The translations under genes were made by a program, and so were the position numbers. From Mobula hypostoma (Eukaryota), in assembly GCF_963921235.1 (NCBI RefSeq), contig NC_086098.1, positions 4,774,001-4,838,000 of the forward strand: 64,000 nucleotides of DNA. The letters run 5' to 3'. Under the pieces are notes generated by a model, which ran no database searches, had not been told where the DNA came from, and saw only the letters and a program-made list of their open reading frames with translations. Positions 13,513 to 24,368 of the stretch are shown piece after piece. Position 1 is the stretch's first letter; every line of letters begins with the position of its first letter.

Positions 13513-13779
13513 CCGCTTTTTCCATCTTCACTGTTCAGCGTTAATATTTTATCAAAATAAAAGATTTGGTAGTTATCATCAGTGAGTGACTCAGTAGCAA
13601 GTGAGATTCATTTCTGCTCCAATATGTAACTGAAAACTTTAATTATGTAGGTTAATTTATGTTTAAAAAAGTCACAAAGTGAAGTAGCAAATAAAACATA
13701 TTGTATATATTCCCTTTGCACCGCAGGAGCGAAGAATGACTGGAGATTCAAAGTACAGAATATCTAATCTCAGAATTCT

Positions 13780-14407
13780 GAACAAGGGATTGCTAAGGGT
13801 GGTGAGGAAGGCAAATGCAATGTTAGCATTCATTTCAGGAGGTCTAGAATACAAGAGCAGGGATGTGATGTTGAGGCTTTATAAGGCACTGGTGAGGCCT
13901 CACCTTGAGTATTGTGAACAGATTTTGGGCTCCTCATCAAAGAAAAGATGAGAGGGTCCAGAGGAGGTTCACAAGGATGATTTTAGGAATGAAAAGGTTA
14001 TCATATGAGGAACATTTGATAGCTCTGTGTCTGTACTCACTGGAATTTAGAGGGATGAGAGGGGATCTCATTGAAACCTTTCAGTTGTTAAAAGGCCTAG
14101 ACAGAGTAGATGTGGAAAGGATGTTTCTGATGGTAGGATGGTCTCGGACAAGAAGACACAGCCTCAAGATAGAGGGGTGTCCAGTTAAAACCGAGATGTG
14201 GAGAAATTTCTTTAGCCAGAGGGTGGTGAATTTGTGAAATCTGTTACCACAGGCAGATGTGGAGGCCGGGTCCCTTGATTAGACATAGCATCAAAGGTTA
14301 CAGGGAGAAGGTTTAGGAGGGGAAGAGAAAGATCACCTCTGACGGAATGGTGGAGAAGACTTGATGAGCCAGATGGCCTAATTCTGCTCCTATGTCTTCT
14401 GGTCTTA
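13780..14407 (+). mobile_element. CR1 3' fragment
   Basis: KANAMLAFISGGLEYKSRDVMLRLYKALVRPHLEYC. Confidence 0.85.
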
Positions 14408-14654
14408 ATCGATTCATATTGGATTTCCTTTGGAAGAAATCTGAATGCTCAGAATTGAGATATGTTTAGCTGGGAGCATTTGCAGTGGTAGTTAGCAGTG
14501 AGGTACAGGCCTAAGAAAATTAAGATGCAAAGCTAAGATCAATAAGGAATTAAAATGCATATCAGAGTGGATTTTATGCTAGTTGTATTTGTATGCTTAG
14601 AAATTTTATTCAACACTTCCTGAATACTCCGACTATCCTTCCTTAGTAATAAAT

Positions 14655-15020
14655 ACAAGAGACTCTGCAGATTCTGGAAATCCAGAGCGCACAAAATGCT
14701 GGAGGAACTCAACTTTTTCACCCAGGGAGTGGTGGATATGTGGAATGCTCTGCCCCAGAAGGCTGTGGAGGCCAAGTCTCTGGATGCTTTCAAGAAAGAG
14801 ATGGATAGAGCTCTTAAAGGTAGCGGAATCAAAGGTTATGGGGAGAAGGCAGGAACTGGATACTGACTGTGGATGATCAGCCATGATCACAGTGAATGGC
14901 GGTGCTGGCTCGAAGGGCCGAATGGCCTACTCCTGCACCTATTGTCTATTGTCTATAACAGATCAGACAGCAGCTATGGAGAGGAATAAAGAGGTAGCAT
15001 TTTGTGTTGGGACCCTTCTG
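14655..15020. mobile_element. Penelope-derived short repeat interrupted by a CR1 3' end (about 14713-14956)
   Basis: AAATGCTGGAGGAACTCAAC|CR1|AACAGATCAGACAGCAGC; CR1 tail (ATTGTCT)n. Confidence 0.65.
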
Positions 15021-15039
15021 ATATATCCTTTTACATGCT

Positions 15040-15412
15040 TAATGTGTGGCGGGGTGGAGATGTGTCTCTACCAAGGGAGGTGTAAGGCACTCTATCTCTC
15101 CACTATATTGCAGGTCACCCTCGGGAAATTTGAAGCCCCCGATCAGGGTCATATGAAGCCGTGGGAGCAGGTGGTGGATGGTCGTACGAGCAGCTGGTGC
15201 AGATCACAAATCCTGGTTATGTGACCACTGACACCAAGCAGATAATCTGAAGAGTATTGATAATGGCTAGGTTCACTTGTTGATATAGAGGCACAGCCTA
15301 GAAGAAGGCAATGGAAAACCTCCTCTGTAGAAAAATTTGGAAAGACCAATCGTGGCCATGGAAAGACCGTGATCTCCCATGTCATACAACACGGCACAGA
15401 ATGAATGAACGA
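15040..15412 (+). mobile_element. Non-autonomous RTE-tailed element (second copy at about 61735-62115)
   Basis: Two copies in the window. BovB/BovA-like GAAGGCAATGG(A/C)AAACC motif and a (TGAA)n tail like the RTE at 46625. Confidence 0.65.
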
Positions 15413-16737
15413 GTACACCAGCCATTTCGTAGCGTCTTGAACAGACATGGTTGATGTCATTTCTATAACTTTTAATAAGTACTTATATTTCTATAAAAAT
15501 TCTGATCTTACAACACCATAAAGCACAGGAGCAGAATTATTCCATTCAGCCCATCGAGTCTACTGAGCCATTCCATCATGGCCGATTTATTATCCCTCTC
15601 AACCCCAATCTCCTGCCTTCTCCCAATAACATTTGTCAGCCTGACTTATCAAGAACCTATCAAGCTCTGCTTTCTTATGGTCTATGGTCTTTAAATATAT
15701 CCACTGACTTGGCCTCCACAACTGTCCTTGGCAATGAATTCCTCAGATTCACCACTCACTGAATAAAAATTATATATTTTATAATGTTTATATTATATCT
15801 ATATATATCAATATTATATACTATGTCTTAATATTATAAGATAAATTGTTTTCTTTGCCTCACAAATAGATGCATGATTGTTCATCCAAGATACCATTAG
15901 ATTAATTATTGACCTCGTCTATTTCAGGATATCCAACAATTAGGAGATGGTATTCAAGAGGGGTTTCACCCTGCCAGTCTGGGGGGGAGTTCATCTTTAG
16001 CTGTGAAGACTAAATGTACAGTATGTGAGAGTGTTGATCACAAATTGAACTCACTTTTGCACATTTGGCACATCAGATTTAAAGAAACTCATTATGTGGG
16101 ATAACTGCATTGCAGTTTGAACACCATTTATGAAACAAATTGTGACACGATTTTCAATGCCGTTAGGTTATATTCAGACCTGGACTTCATCTGCTCTCAT
16201 AGGGCAATATAGTGTGCATGCGTCTCTCTGCGTGCGCGTCTCTGTGCATGTGCAAATCATGAGCAAGCCCTTCGTGCATTTTAAACTCCCAAAACATTAA
16301 TCTGACTTTGATCAAACAGTTTTGTGCAAATCTACAAATATTATCGTCAGAGATATCTCACCTTAACCTGAGTAACATACACAAAATGTTGAAGGAACTC
16401 AGCAGATCAGGCAGCAGCTAAAGAAAAGAATAAAGAGCCGACTTTTCATGCGGAGACCCGAGAACACACTTTAGTCTGTATTACTCTGGATTTCCAGAAT
16501 CTGTAGAATCTCTTGTGTCTATGATCAGCTTAACCAGAATTTGGTCTTGTTTGGAAGACAGCACCAGGAGTAAAGGTGCTAAGAAGATGAATCTTGCACC
16601 CACATTTTCCACTAGCAGAGTATTTTCCAAGAGTATTTTGGTACATCTAATGATAGTTGATACTTTGTCATAGAAAAACAACAGAATAGTCTCATTAATT
16701 TCTTGGTTATAGCTGGGCAGGGGATAAGCTCTCAATT

Positions 16738-17250
16738 AAATGCTTCCCATGGCGTGGGTTTTAAGTAGCCTCTGACAGCCAAGTCCAGCTCCCGGCCTTC
16801 AAGTGTGGCATACCTACTAAGCCCAGCAGAACAGTTTCTGCTGAGAGGAGAAGGGAAAAGGTGGATTGCTGGTGCCTTAAAACTAGTCGCTTTGGGCAGG
16901 CGGGACTCATCAGCTGTGGTTGGCAGCTCATCTAGGTGAAGGAAAGCTGATCTCAAACCTCTGCTACCTTGCAACTGTACTCACTCATGGGGAAGGCTTC
17001 GGGAGTAAACTTTGAGGAAAAATCCGGAGCTGGAGTCCACAGTGAGTTCAATGCTGACTGGCAGCTCCTGTGACACTGCTGGTGCCAAACTGTTTTGGTC
17101 TCTGCCGTTTCCTTGGATTCATCAGCTGTGTGGAGAGGGGGAGCCTGCTACCTGGGCAACAGGGGGCTCTCTACGTCGTACTGCCCAGGTTTGCATATTT
17201 GGACAGCTAGACAACATTCAGGGTCAACCCTGACCAACAGAGGCCTCACT
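16738..17250 (+). mobile_element. Non-coding element with an RTE-5'UTR-like segment and a 3' module shared with the SINE at 30608
   Basis: GGCAGCTCATCTAGGTGAAGGAAAGCT resembles RTE 5'UTR motifs; 17072-17195 aligns with 30733-30857. Confidence 0.45.
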
Positions 17251-17575
17251 CACATTAATTTATTCAGCTACTCATGGGCTAACTGACCCTGCAGACTTGC
17301 AGTTACTGCACTATGTAGTTACACCACAGCATTAATACAAGAACTGTCTGGCTGGCTAGCAGCTTCTTCCTCCAGACTGTTAGCAATTTTAACACCCTGC
17401 GGCCACCCAGCCCACACATACACCCTGTCTGAATGCCCTGTTGCTCTCCTCCCCTCGCTCCCCAATTCACTGTCACACTCTCATCCTGCACCAGTCACTT
17501 TTCATCTTTTATTGCTGTTGTTTCATATGTTTATACCACTGCCTGTTCCATTATAATAGCGCCACTAACATTATA

Positions 17576-17886
17576 CGAGGGGTGATTGATAAGTAAGATG
17601 AGTTATTAACTTCAAAATTTCTGCATAATCACTCAGAGTTGAACTGCACATGCATGTAACGAGAGCTGTATAACTCATCTCCATCTACCCTAGGCCACGA
17701 ACTTATCAATCACCCCTGCTGTGGACCACTTACTGGAGGTCCAAGATGTCGACTTCTACAAAGAAGGGATCCGTATACTCCACGACCGCTGGACTAAGTG
17801 TGTAAATGTAGGAGGGGACTATGTTGAAAAATAAATGTGCTAGGTTTCCTTCTACCTTAGGCCATGAACTTATCAATCACCCCTTG
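17576..17886 (+). mobile_element. Non-autonomous mariner element
   Basis: TA flanks, TIR CGAGGGGTGATTGATAAGT / ACTTATCAATCACCCCTTG, and an internal transposase C-terminus DFYKEGIRILHDRWTKCVNVGGDYVEK* (17751-17834). Confidence 0.88.
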
Positions 17887-18146
17887 TAGTGTATTACATA
17901 AACATACCGCTTGTACTTGATGTCAACCTGTCAGTCTTCAGGCCCTGCTGCTCCAGCACTTGTGCTAATATTATTTTGTGACTCTATATGCTGGATTGTA
18001 ACTGTCTGTGCTGTATGTGACTATATGTACTGGGGAGAAGGCAGGAGATTGGGGCTGAGGGGGAAAATGGATCAGCCATGAAGAAATAGCAGAGCAAACT
18101 TGATGGAGAGAATGGTCTAATTCTGCTCCTGTATCTTATGGTCTTA

Positions 18147-18292
18147 TTAACCTGCTACCAACTTTGGACTGTGGGAGGAAACCAGAGCACCCAGAGGAAA
18201 CGTACATGCACATGGGAAAAACATACAAACTTTCTTGTAGAGAATGCCGGAAATGAACTCCGATGCCACAAGCTGTAGTAGCGTCCCCTCTA
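18147..18292 (-). mobile_element. V-SINE/HE1-like tRNA-SINE fragment
   Basis: V-domain-like TTTGGACTGTGGGAGGAAACCAGAGCACCCAGAGGAAAC. Confidence 0.65.
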
Positions 18293-19177
18293 TTAAACAA
18301 AAATTGTAGGTAAAAAGCAATGATTTACAACTCATTATCAATCTGAGTCCACTTACCGCCTTAGGAAATGGAAGGTTTAGAGTTGTACAAATACAACTGA
18401 GGAATTCCAGTTATTGGACTTGGAGGGCATTTGTTCGAGGAGGTTCACTGATAGTCCCCTGCTGTGGGGCTGTATATTGCATGCAAGCCCACACTGCCAC
18501 TGTTCAGATAACGAATCAGCTTTCAACTTTGATCTCTACTCCACTTACGTCAAGGCAAATTAAACAGATTTCACAGAAACTCGGTAATCTTTTATCAGAG
18601 TAATTCAAATTTGCTGTGGTATAAATTTTATTTGAAACAGATGGTAGTTTGCCTTTTATCTTCGTAGCTTTAAAATGAAATGTTCCTGTTGTAGTTTCTC
18701 ATAACTTGTGATTCTGTGGAAAACATATGTGGGTAAAATTTATTCAAATAACCTTACAATATTTAAACATGCCTTTGTAGCTGTTAAATATCCTAAAAGA
18801 CTCTGTCAGTGACCATTCCTGATGTTGTATAAGTCCTGGGTATTTCGGGCCGTGACCCTTCATCTTTCCTGATGGAGGGACTCAGCCTGAATGCTGTCTC
18901 TTTATTCCTCTCCACAGATGCTGCCTGACCTGCTGAGTTCCTCCAGCATCGTGTGTGTGTGGCTCAGTTTTACAGCATCTGCAGAATCTCTTGTGTTTCA
19001 GGGGATATTTACTTCCTCATCAGCATTTCAAGCAAATTCAAACCTGCTCACAATTTCTGTGAACATAGTGGCCAGAGAATATTTTCACCATAATTCTGAT
19101 AAAAATATATAGGCTTTACAGACTTTGGAAATGTAGGTAACATTTTCTGTGCAAATACCAAAATTATGCATTAACCG

Positions 19178-19392
19178 CTATGGTAGCATAATGGTTAGCG
19201 TGACGCTATTACAACTCAGGGCGTCAGAGGTCAGAGTTCAATTCCAGCACAGTCTGTAAGGAATTTGTACATCCTCCCCAGGAACGCCTGAATGTTCCTG
19301 ATTCCTCCCAGAGAGCAAAGACGTACCAGCTCGTAGGTTAATTGGTCATTGTAAATGACCCAGAGATTAGGCAAGAGTTAAACAGGTGGGTT
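19178..19392 (+). mobile_element. V-SINE/HE1-like SINE, split by the 19395-23170 composite; 3' tail resumes at about 23171-23232
   Basis: A box TAGCATAATGG, B box GAGTTCAATTCC, and TAGGTTAATTGGTCATTGTAAAT; tail GGGCTGGAAGGGCCTGTT…TAAATAAAT. Confidence 0.7.
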
Positions 19393-19394
19393 AT

Positions 19395-19997
19395 AATATA
19401 ACCATATAACAATTACAGCACGGAAACAGGCCATCTCGGTCCTTCTAGTCTGTGCCGAACTCTTACTCTCACCTAGTCCCACCGACCTGCACTCAGCCCA
19501 TAAACCTCCATTCCTTTCCTGTCCATATATCTATCCAATTTAACTTTAAATGACAACATCAAACCTGCCCCAACCACTTCTGCTGGAAGCGCATTCCACA
19601 CAGCTACCACTCTACGAGTAAAGAAGTTCCCCCTCATGTTACCCCTAAACTTTTGCCCTTTAACTCTCAACTCATGTCCTCTTGTTTGAATCTCCCCCAC
19701 TCTCAATGGAAAAAGCCTATCCACATCAACTCTATCTATGCCCCTCATAATTTTAAATACCTCTATCAAGTCCCCTCTCAACCTTCTACACTCCAAAGAA
19801 TAAAGACCCAACTTGTTCAACCTTTCTCTGTAACTTAGGTGATGAAACCCAGGTAACATTCTAGTAGATCTTCTCTGTACTTTCTCTAATTTGTTGACAT
19901 CTTTCCTATAATTCGGTGACCAAAACTGTACACAATACTCCAAATCTGCCCTCACCAATGCCTTGTACAATTTCAACATTACATCCCAACTCCTATA
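19395..19997 (-). mobile_element. CR1 3' part (subfamily B)
   Basis: 168-aa ORF LYKALVRADLEYCVQFWSP…. Confidence 0.9.
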
Positions 19998-21300
19998 CAG
20001 GTGTCCCCTGCTTTTCGAACGTTCGCTTTACGAAACCTAACTGTCATGAAAGACCTACATTAGTACCCTGTTTTCGCTAACAGAAGGTGTTTTCACTTAC
20101 GAAAGAAGGCAGCGTGCGGAAAAAGCAGCGCGTGCCCTGAGCAGCCCCTCCTCCCCCGGATTCGGAACTGCATTCTAGCCGGCATTGCTTAAACACGTGC
20201 CTGTGAGCAGCCATTAGCAAGATGAGTTCTAAGGTATTGGAAAAGCCTGAAAGAGCTCGTAAGGGTGTTACACTTAACGTAAAACTAGACATAATTAAGC
20301 ATTTCGATCGTGGTGAACCAAGTAAGGACAAAGTGAGTTTGGCTTGTGGAAGTTGACGAAGATGATGTTGAAGAAGTTTTGGCATCACATGACCAAGATC
20401 TGATAGATGAAGAGCTGATGCAATCGGAAGAGGAAAGGATAACAATCAAAACCGAATGCAGTAGCGAACAGACCGAAAGTGAAGTCGTCCAGGAACTGAA
20501 CATGAAGCAACTGCGTGAGATTTTCGCTGCAATGATAAAGTACGACTTTAATTTTGAAAGGGTACATCGGTTTAGGGCATATTTGCTTACAAAGAACTGT
20601 ATGATCTAAAAATGCGCAAGGCTAAGTAGTCAAGCAAGCCTTCCAAATCAGCCACAGCAGACGACGAACCACGACCTTCGACATTGAGGTAGGCAGTCAT
20701 AGAAGAAGATGACCTGCCTGCTCTAATGGAAACAGACGACAAGATGACACCCCAGTATCCCACCACCCCAACCCTCGGGCCACGGACAAATACCAATCCG
20801 CGAAGAATGCAGCGGTAGCCAGGACGCACCCAGCACATCTTTAAGAAAAAAAAGCTGAAATAATAAGCTAATTAATTAGGTGCCATCCGGCATGTAAATG
20901 TCAGCCCAGATCAGAGGCGATTGCCGATTGCGTCACCTCTGATCTGGGCCGACATTTACGTGACGAGCAGCACCTAATTAATTAGCTTGTTTATTTCAGC
21001 TCTTTTCTTAAAGATGAGCTGGGTGCGTTCTGGCCACTGCTGCACCGCTGCATTCTTCGTGGATCGGTATCGGTTCGCTGCCTGGAGGGTGGGGGCCACT
21101 GTACCACCCAGCCTGCGATGACTCAGCCTAACACACCATCATCAGTGTGCTCAGCGCTGTCCCAATTCCAGTAAGTGATACTACACTGTACATACATTAT
21201 TTCTACTTTATATAAGCTGTGTATTTTTATGTGTTGTTTGGTATGATTTGGCAGCTTCATAGCTTAAAGGTTACTGGAGAGCACTTGCGCCGTGTTTTTG
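19998..21300 (+). mobile_element. Tigger/pogo-like DNA transposon derivative containing an internal foldback
   Basis: TA|CAGGTGTCCCC left end, psq-HTH-like KGVTLNVKLDIIKHFDRGE, and a Tigger-type acidic tail EVDEDDVEEVLASHDQDLIDEELMQ. No right TIR seen. Confidence 0.7.
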
Positions 21301-21404
21301 CCCATAACCCTCCATTCCTTTCCTGTCCATATATCCATCCAATTTTTCTTTAAATGATACTATCGAACCTGCCTCTACCACTTCTACTGGAAGTTCATTC
21401 AACA

Positions 21405-21800
21405 CTTACTTCAAGCTCCCCTGAAAATTGACTTATCACTATATTCATGTGAGGAAAATATGCGCTTTGTGCTTAATATTAAATTTGTTAGCTAAGCCCT
21501 TTTAGAAATGAAATTCTGTGTATTAGCCACTTATCACCTATATTCCGGTCGTGATTAACACCCCCCCCCCAAATAGAATCGTTGAAAACGATTTGCAGGG
21601 AGAAAAATTCAGCAGGTACACGCATGGCACTGGTGCCTGCGCAAGGCTTTGTGGTCATGGTAGTCTTTCTCGGTGAACACAACGTATTTAACTGCTACTC
21701 TTGTCCGTTGGCAATCCTCCCCCACCCCCAGTTGGCCGGTCCGCAAGAATATTGCCAATATTAAACCGGTCCGCAGTGCAAAAAAGGTTGGGGACCCCTG
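21405..21800 (-). mobile_element. hAT-like non-autonomous fragment
   Basis: Terminus CAGGGGTCCCCAACCTTTTT at 21800; interrupts CR1 RT sequence. Confidence 0.6.
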
Positions 21801-23170
21801 CATTAATGTATATGACAAATAACATAGGACCCAGTACAGATCCCTGAGGCACACCACTAGTCACCGGCCTCCAATCTGACAGAGTTATCCACCACCACTC
21901 TCTGGCGTCTCCCACCCAGCCACTGCTGAATCCATTTTACTACTTCAATATTAATACCTAACAATTGAACCTTCCTAACCAGCCTTCCATGTGGAACCTT
22001 GTCAAAGGCCTTACTGAAGTCCATATAGACAACATCCACTGCTTTACCCTCGTCAACTTTCCTCTTCAAAAAATTCAATAAGATTCGTCAAATATGACCT
22101 TCCACGTACAAATCCATGTTGACTGTTCCTAATCAGACCCTGTCTATCCAGATAATTATATATACCATCTCTAAGAATACTTTCCATCAATTTACCCCCC
22201 ACTGACGTCAAACTCACAGGCCGATAATTGCTAGGTTTACTCTTAGAAACCTTTTTAAACAATGGAACAACATGAGCAATATGCCAATCCTCGGGCACCA
22301 TCCCCGTTTCTAATGACATTTGAAATATTTCTGTCAGAGCCCCTGCTATTTCCACACTAACTTCCCTCAAGATCTGAGGGAATATTCTGTCAGGACCTGG
22401 AGACTTATCCACCTTTATATTCCTTAAAAGCTCCAGTACTTCCTCTTCTTTAATCATCATAGTTTCCATAACTTCCCTACCTGTTTCCCTTATCTTACAC
22501 AATTCAATATCCTTCTCCTCAGTGAATACCAAAGAAAAGAAATTGTTCAGAATCTCCCCCATCTCTTTTGGCTCCACGCATAGCTCTCCACTCTGATTCT
22601 CTAAGGGACCAATTTTATCCCTCACTATCCTTTTGCTATTTATATAACTGTAGAAACCCTTTGGATTTATTTTCACCTTACTTGCCAAAGCAACCTCATA
22701 TCTTTTAGCTTTTCTAGTTTCTTTCCTAAGTTTCTTTTTACATTCTTTATATTCCTTGAGCACCTCATTTACTCCATACTGCCTATATTTATTGTAGATC
22801 TCTCTCTTTTTCCGAACCAAGTTTCCAATATCCCTTGAAAACCATGGCTCTCTCAAACTTTTAACCTTTCTTTTCAACCTAACAGAAGTTTCTGTACTCT
22901 CAAAATTTCACCTTTAAATGACCTCCATTTCTCTATTACATTCTTCCCATAAAAACAAATTGTCTCAATCCACTCCTTCTAAATCCTTTTGCATCTCCTC
23001 AAAGTTAGCCTTTCTCCAATCAAAACTCTCAACCCTGGGGCCAGACCTATCCTTCTCCATAATTATATTGAAACTAATGGCATTGTGATCACTGGACCCG
23101 AAGTGCTCCCCGACACAAAACTCCGACACCTGACCTATCTCATTCCCTAACAGGAGATCCAACACTGCCA
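21801..23170 (-). mobile_element. CR1 ORF2 (endonuclease end to RT)
   Basis: 274-aa ORF with KSPGPDRI, NYRPVSLTSV and QHGFVRGRS, plus VPQGSVLGP. Confidence 0.88.
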
Positions 23171-24368
23171 GGTGGTGTGGCTCATTGGGCTGGAAGGGCC
23201 TGTTACACACTGTACTGTATCTCTAAATAAATACATACACATTGATCCATAACACAACATGAAAGTACAATTCCCAAGTGTTTGGAAACTCATGATTTTC
23301 AAATTCAATTAATGTTAATTCATGATTTAATAGGATGCAATGCCACTTTGATAAATTTAGCTTGCATGTAATGCAATAATCAGAAATTAAGAGGACCATT
23401 ATCTTAATTCATCAAATGCCAATGCAGAGAGGCTGCTGACGACTACCAATATCTTTCAATGCACAACCACTGAATATGCAGGTATTGAACTCTGGACACC
23501 ACAAGGTGTCATAGTGTCGCTCTAACCAGTACACTACTAAATTTCAGCCAGTGCACAGTCGATACCTATGACCAACTTCTCTTGTTTCCTTCTTGGGCTT
23601 CTAAGAGTGCTTGAATTTGAATGTATTTAGTTTTAATTATTTCTCTTAAACAAAACAGAAACTGTGGGAATTGCTCAGCAAGTTGAAAAGCTGAAGTGTT
23701 GATTCTGTTTCTCAATGTTTGTCACATAACAACTTCTACATCTGAAAATTTCCAGCATTTTGTATTTTATTCTTCATTCCCAGCTTCCCTTCACAAGGTT
23801 GCTGATGATACTATGGCTGCTGGCCTCATCAGCACCAACGATGAGTTTTGCATACAGAAAGGATGTTGAGAGGCTGATCAAATGGTGTGAGAGCCACAAG
23901 CTGAGTGTCAACATGAACAAGACAAGAGAGATAATTGTGGACTTCAGGAAGGCAGAGATCAACCACTCTCCATTGCACATCAATGGGTCTGCCATGGAGA
24001 GAGAGAAGAAGTTGAGAAGCAGGGCCTCAAAGGTAGTAATCTCAGGATTACTGCCTGTGCCACGTGACAGTGAGTATAGGAATAGAGTGAGGTGGAGGAT
24101 AAATGTGTGGCTGAGGGATTGGAGCAGGGGGCAGGGATTCAGATTTCTAGATCATTGGGACCTCTTTTGGGGCAGGTGTGACCTGTACAAAAAGGACGGG
24201 TTGCACTTGAATCCGAGGGGGACCAATATCCTGGCTGGAAGGTTTGCTAAGGCTATTGAGGAGAGTTTAAACTAGAATTGCAGGGGGGTGGGAACTGAAC
24301 TGAAGTGACGGAGGAAAGGGAGGTTGGCTCACAAACAGAGAAAGTTTGGAAACAGTACAAAAGAGAGG

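Noticed and set aside
23760..24275. 171-aa ORF with SGNH-like motifs as an esterase gene
   Set aside because: Chimera of a Rex/L2 fragment and the CR1 ORF1 esterase-like end.
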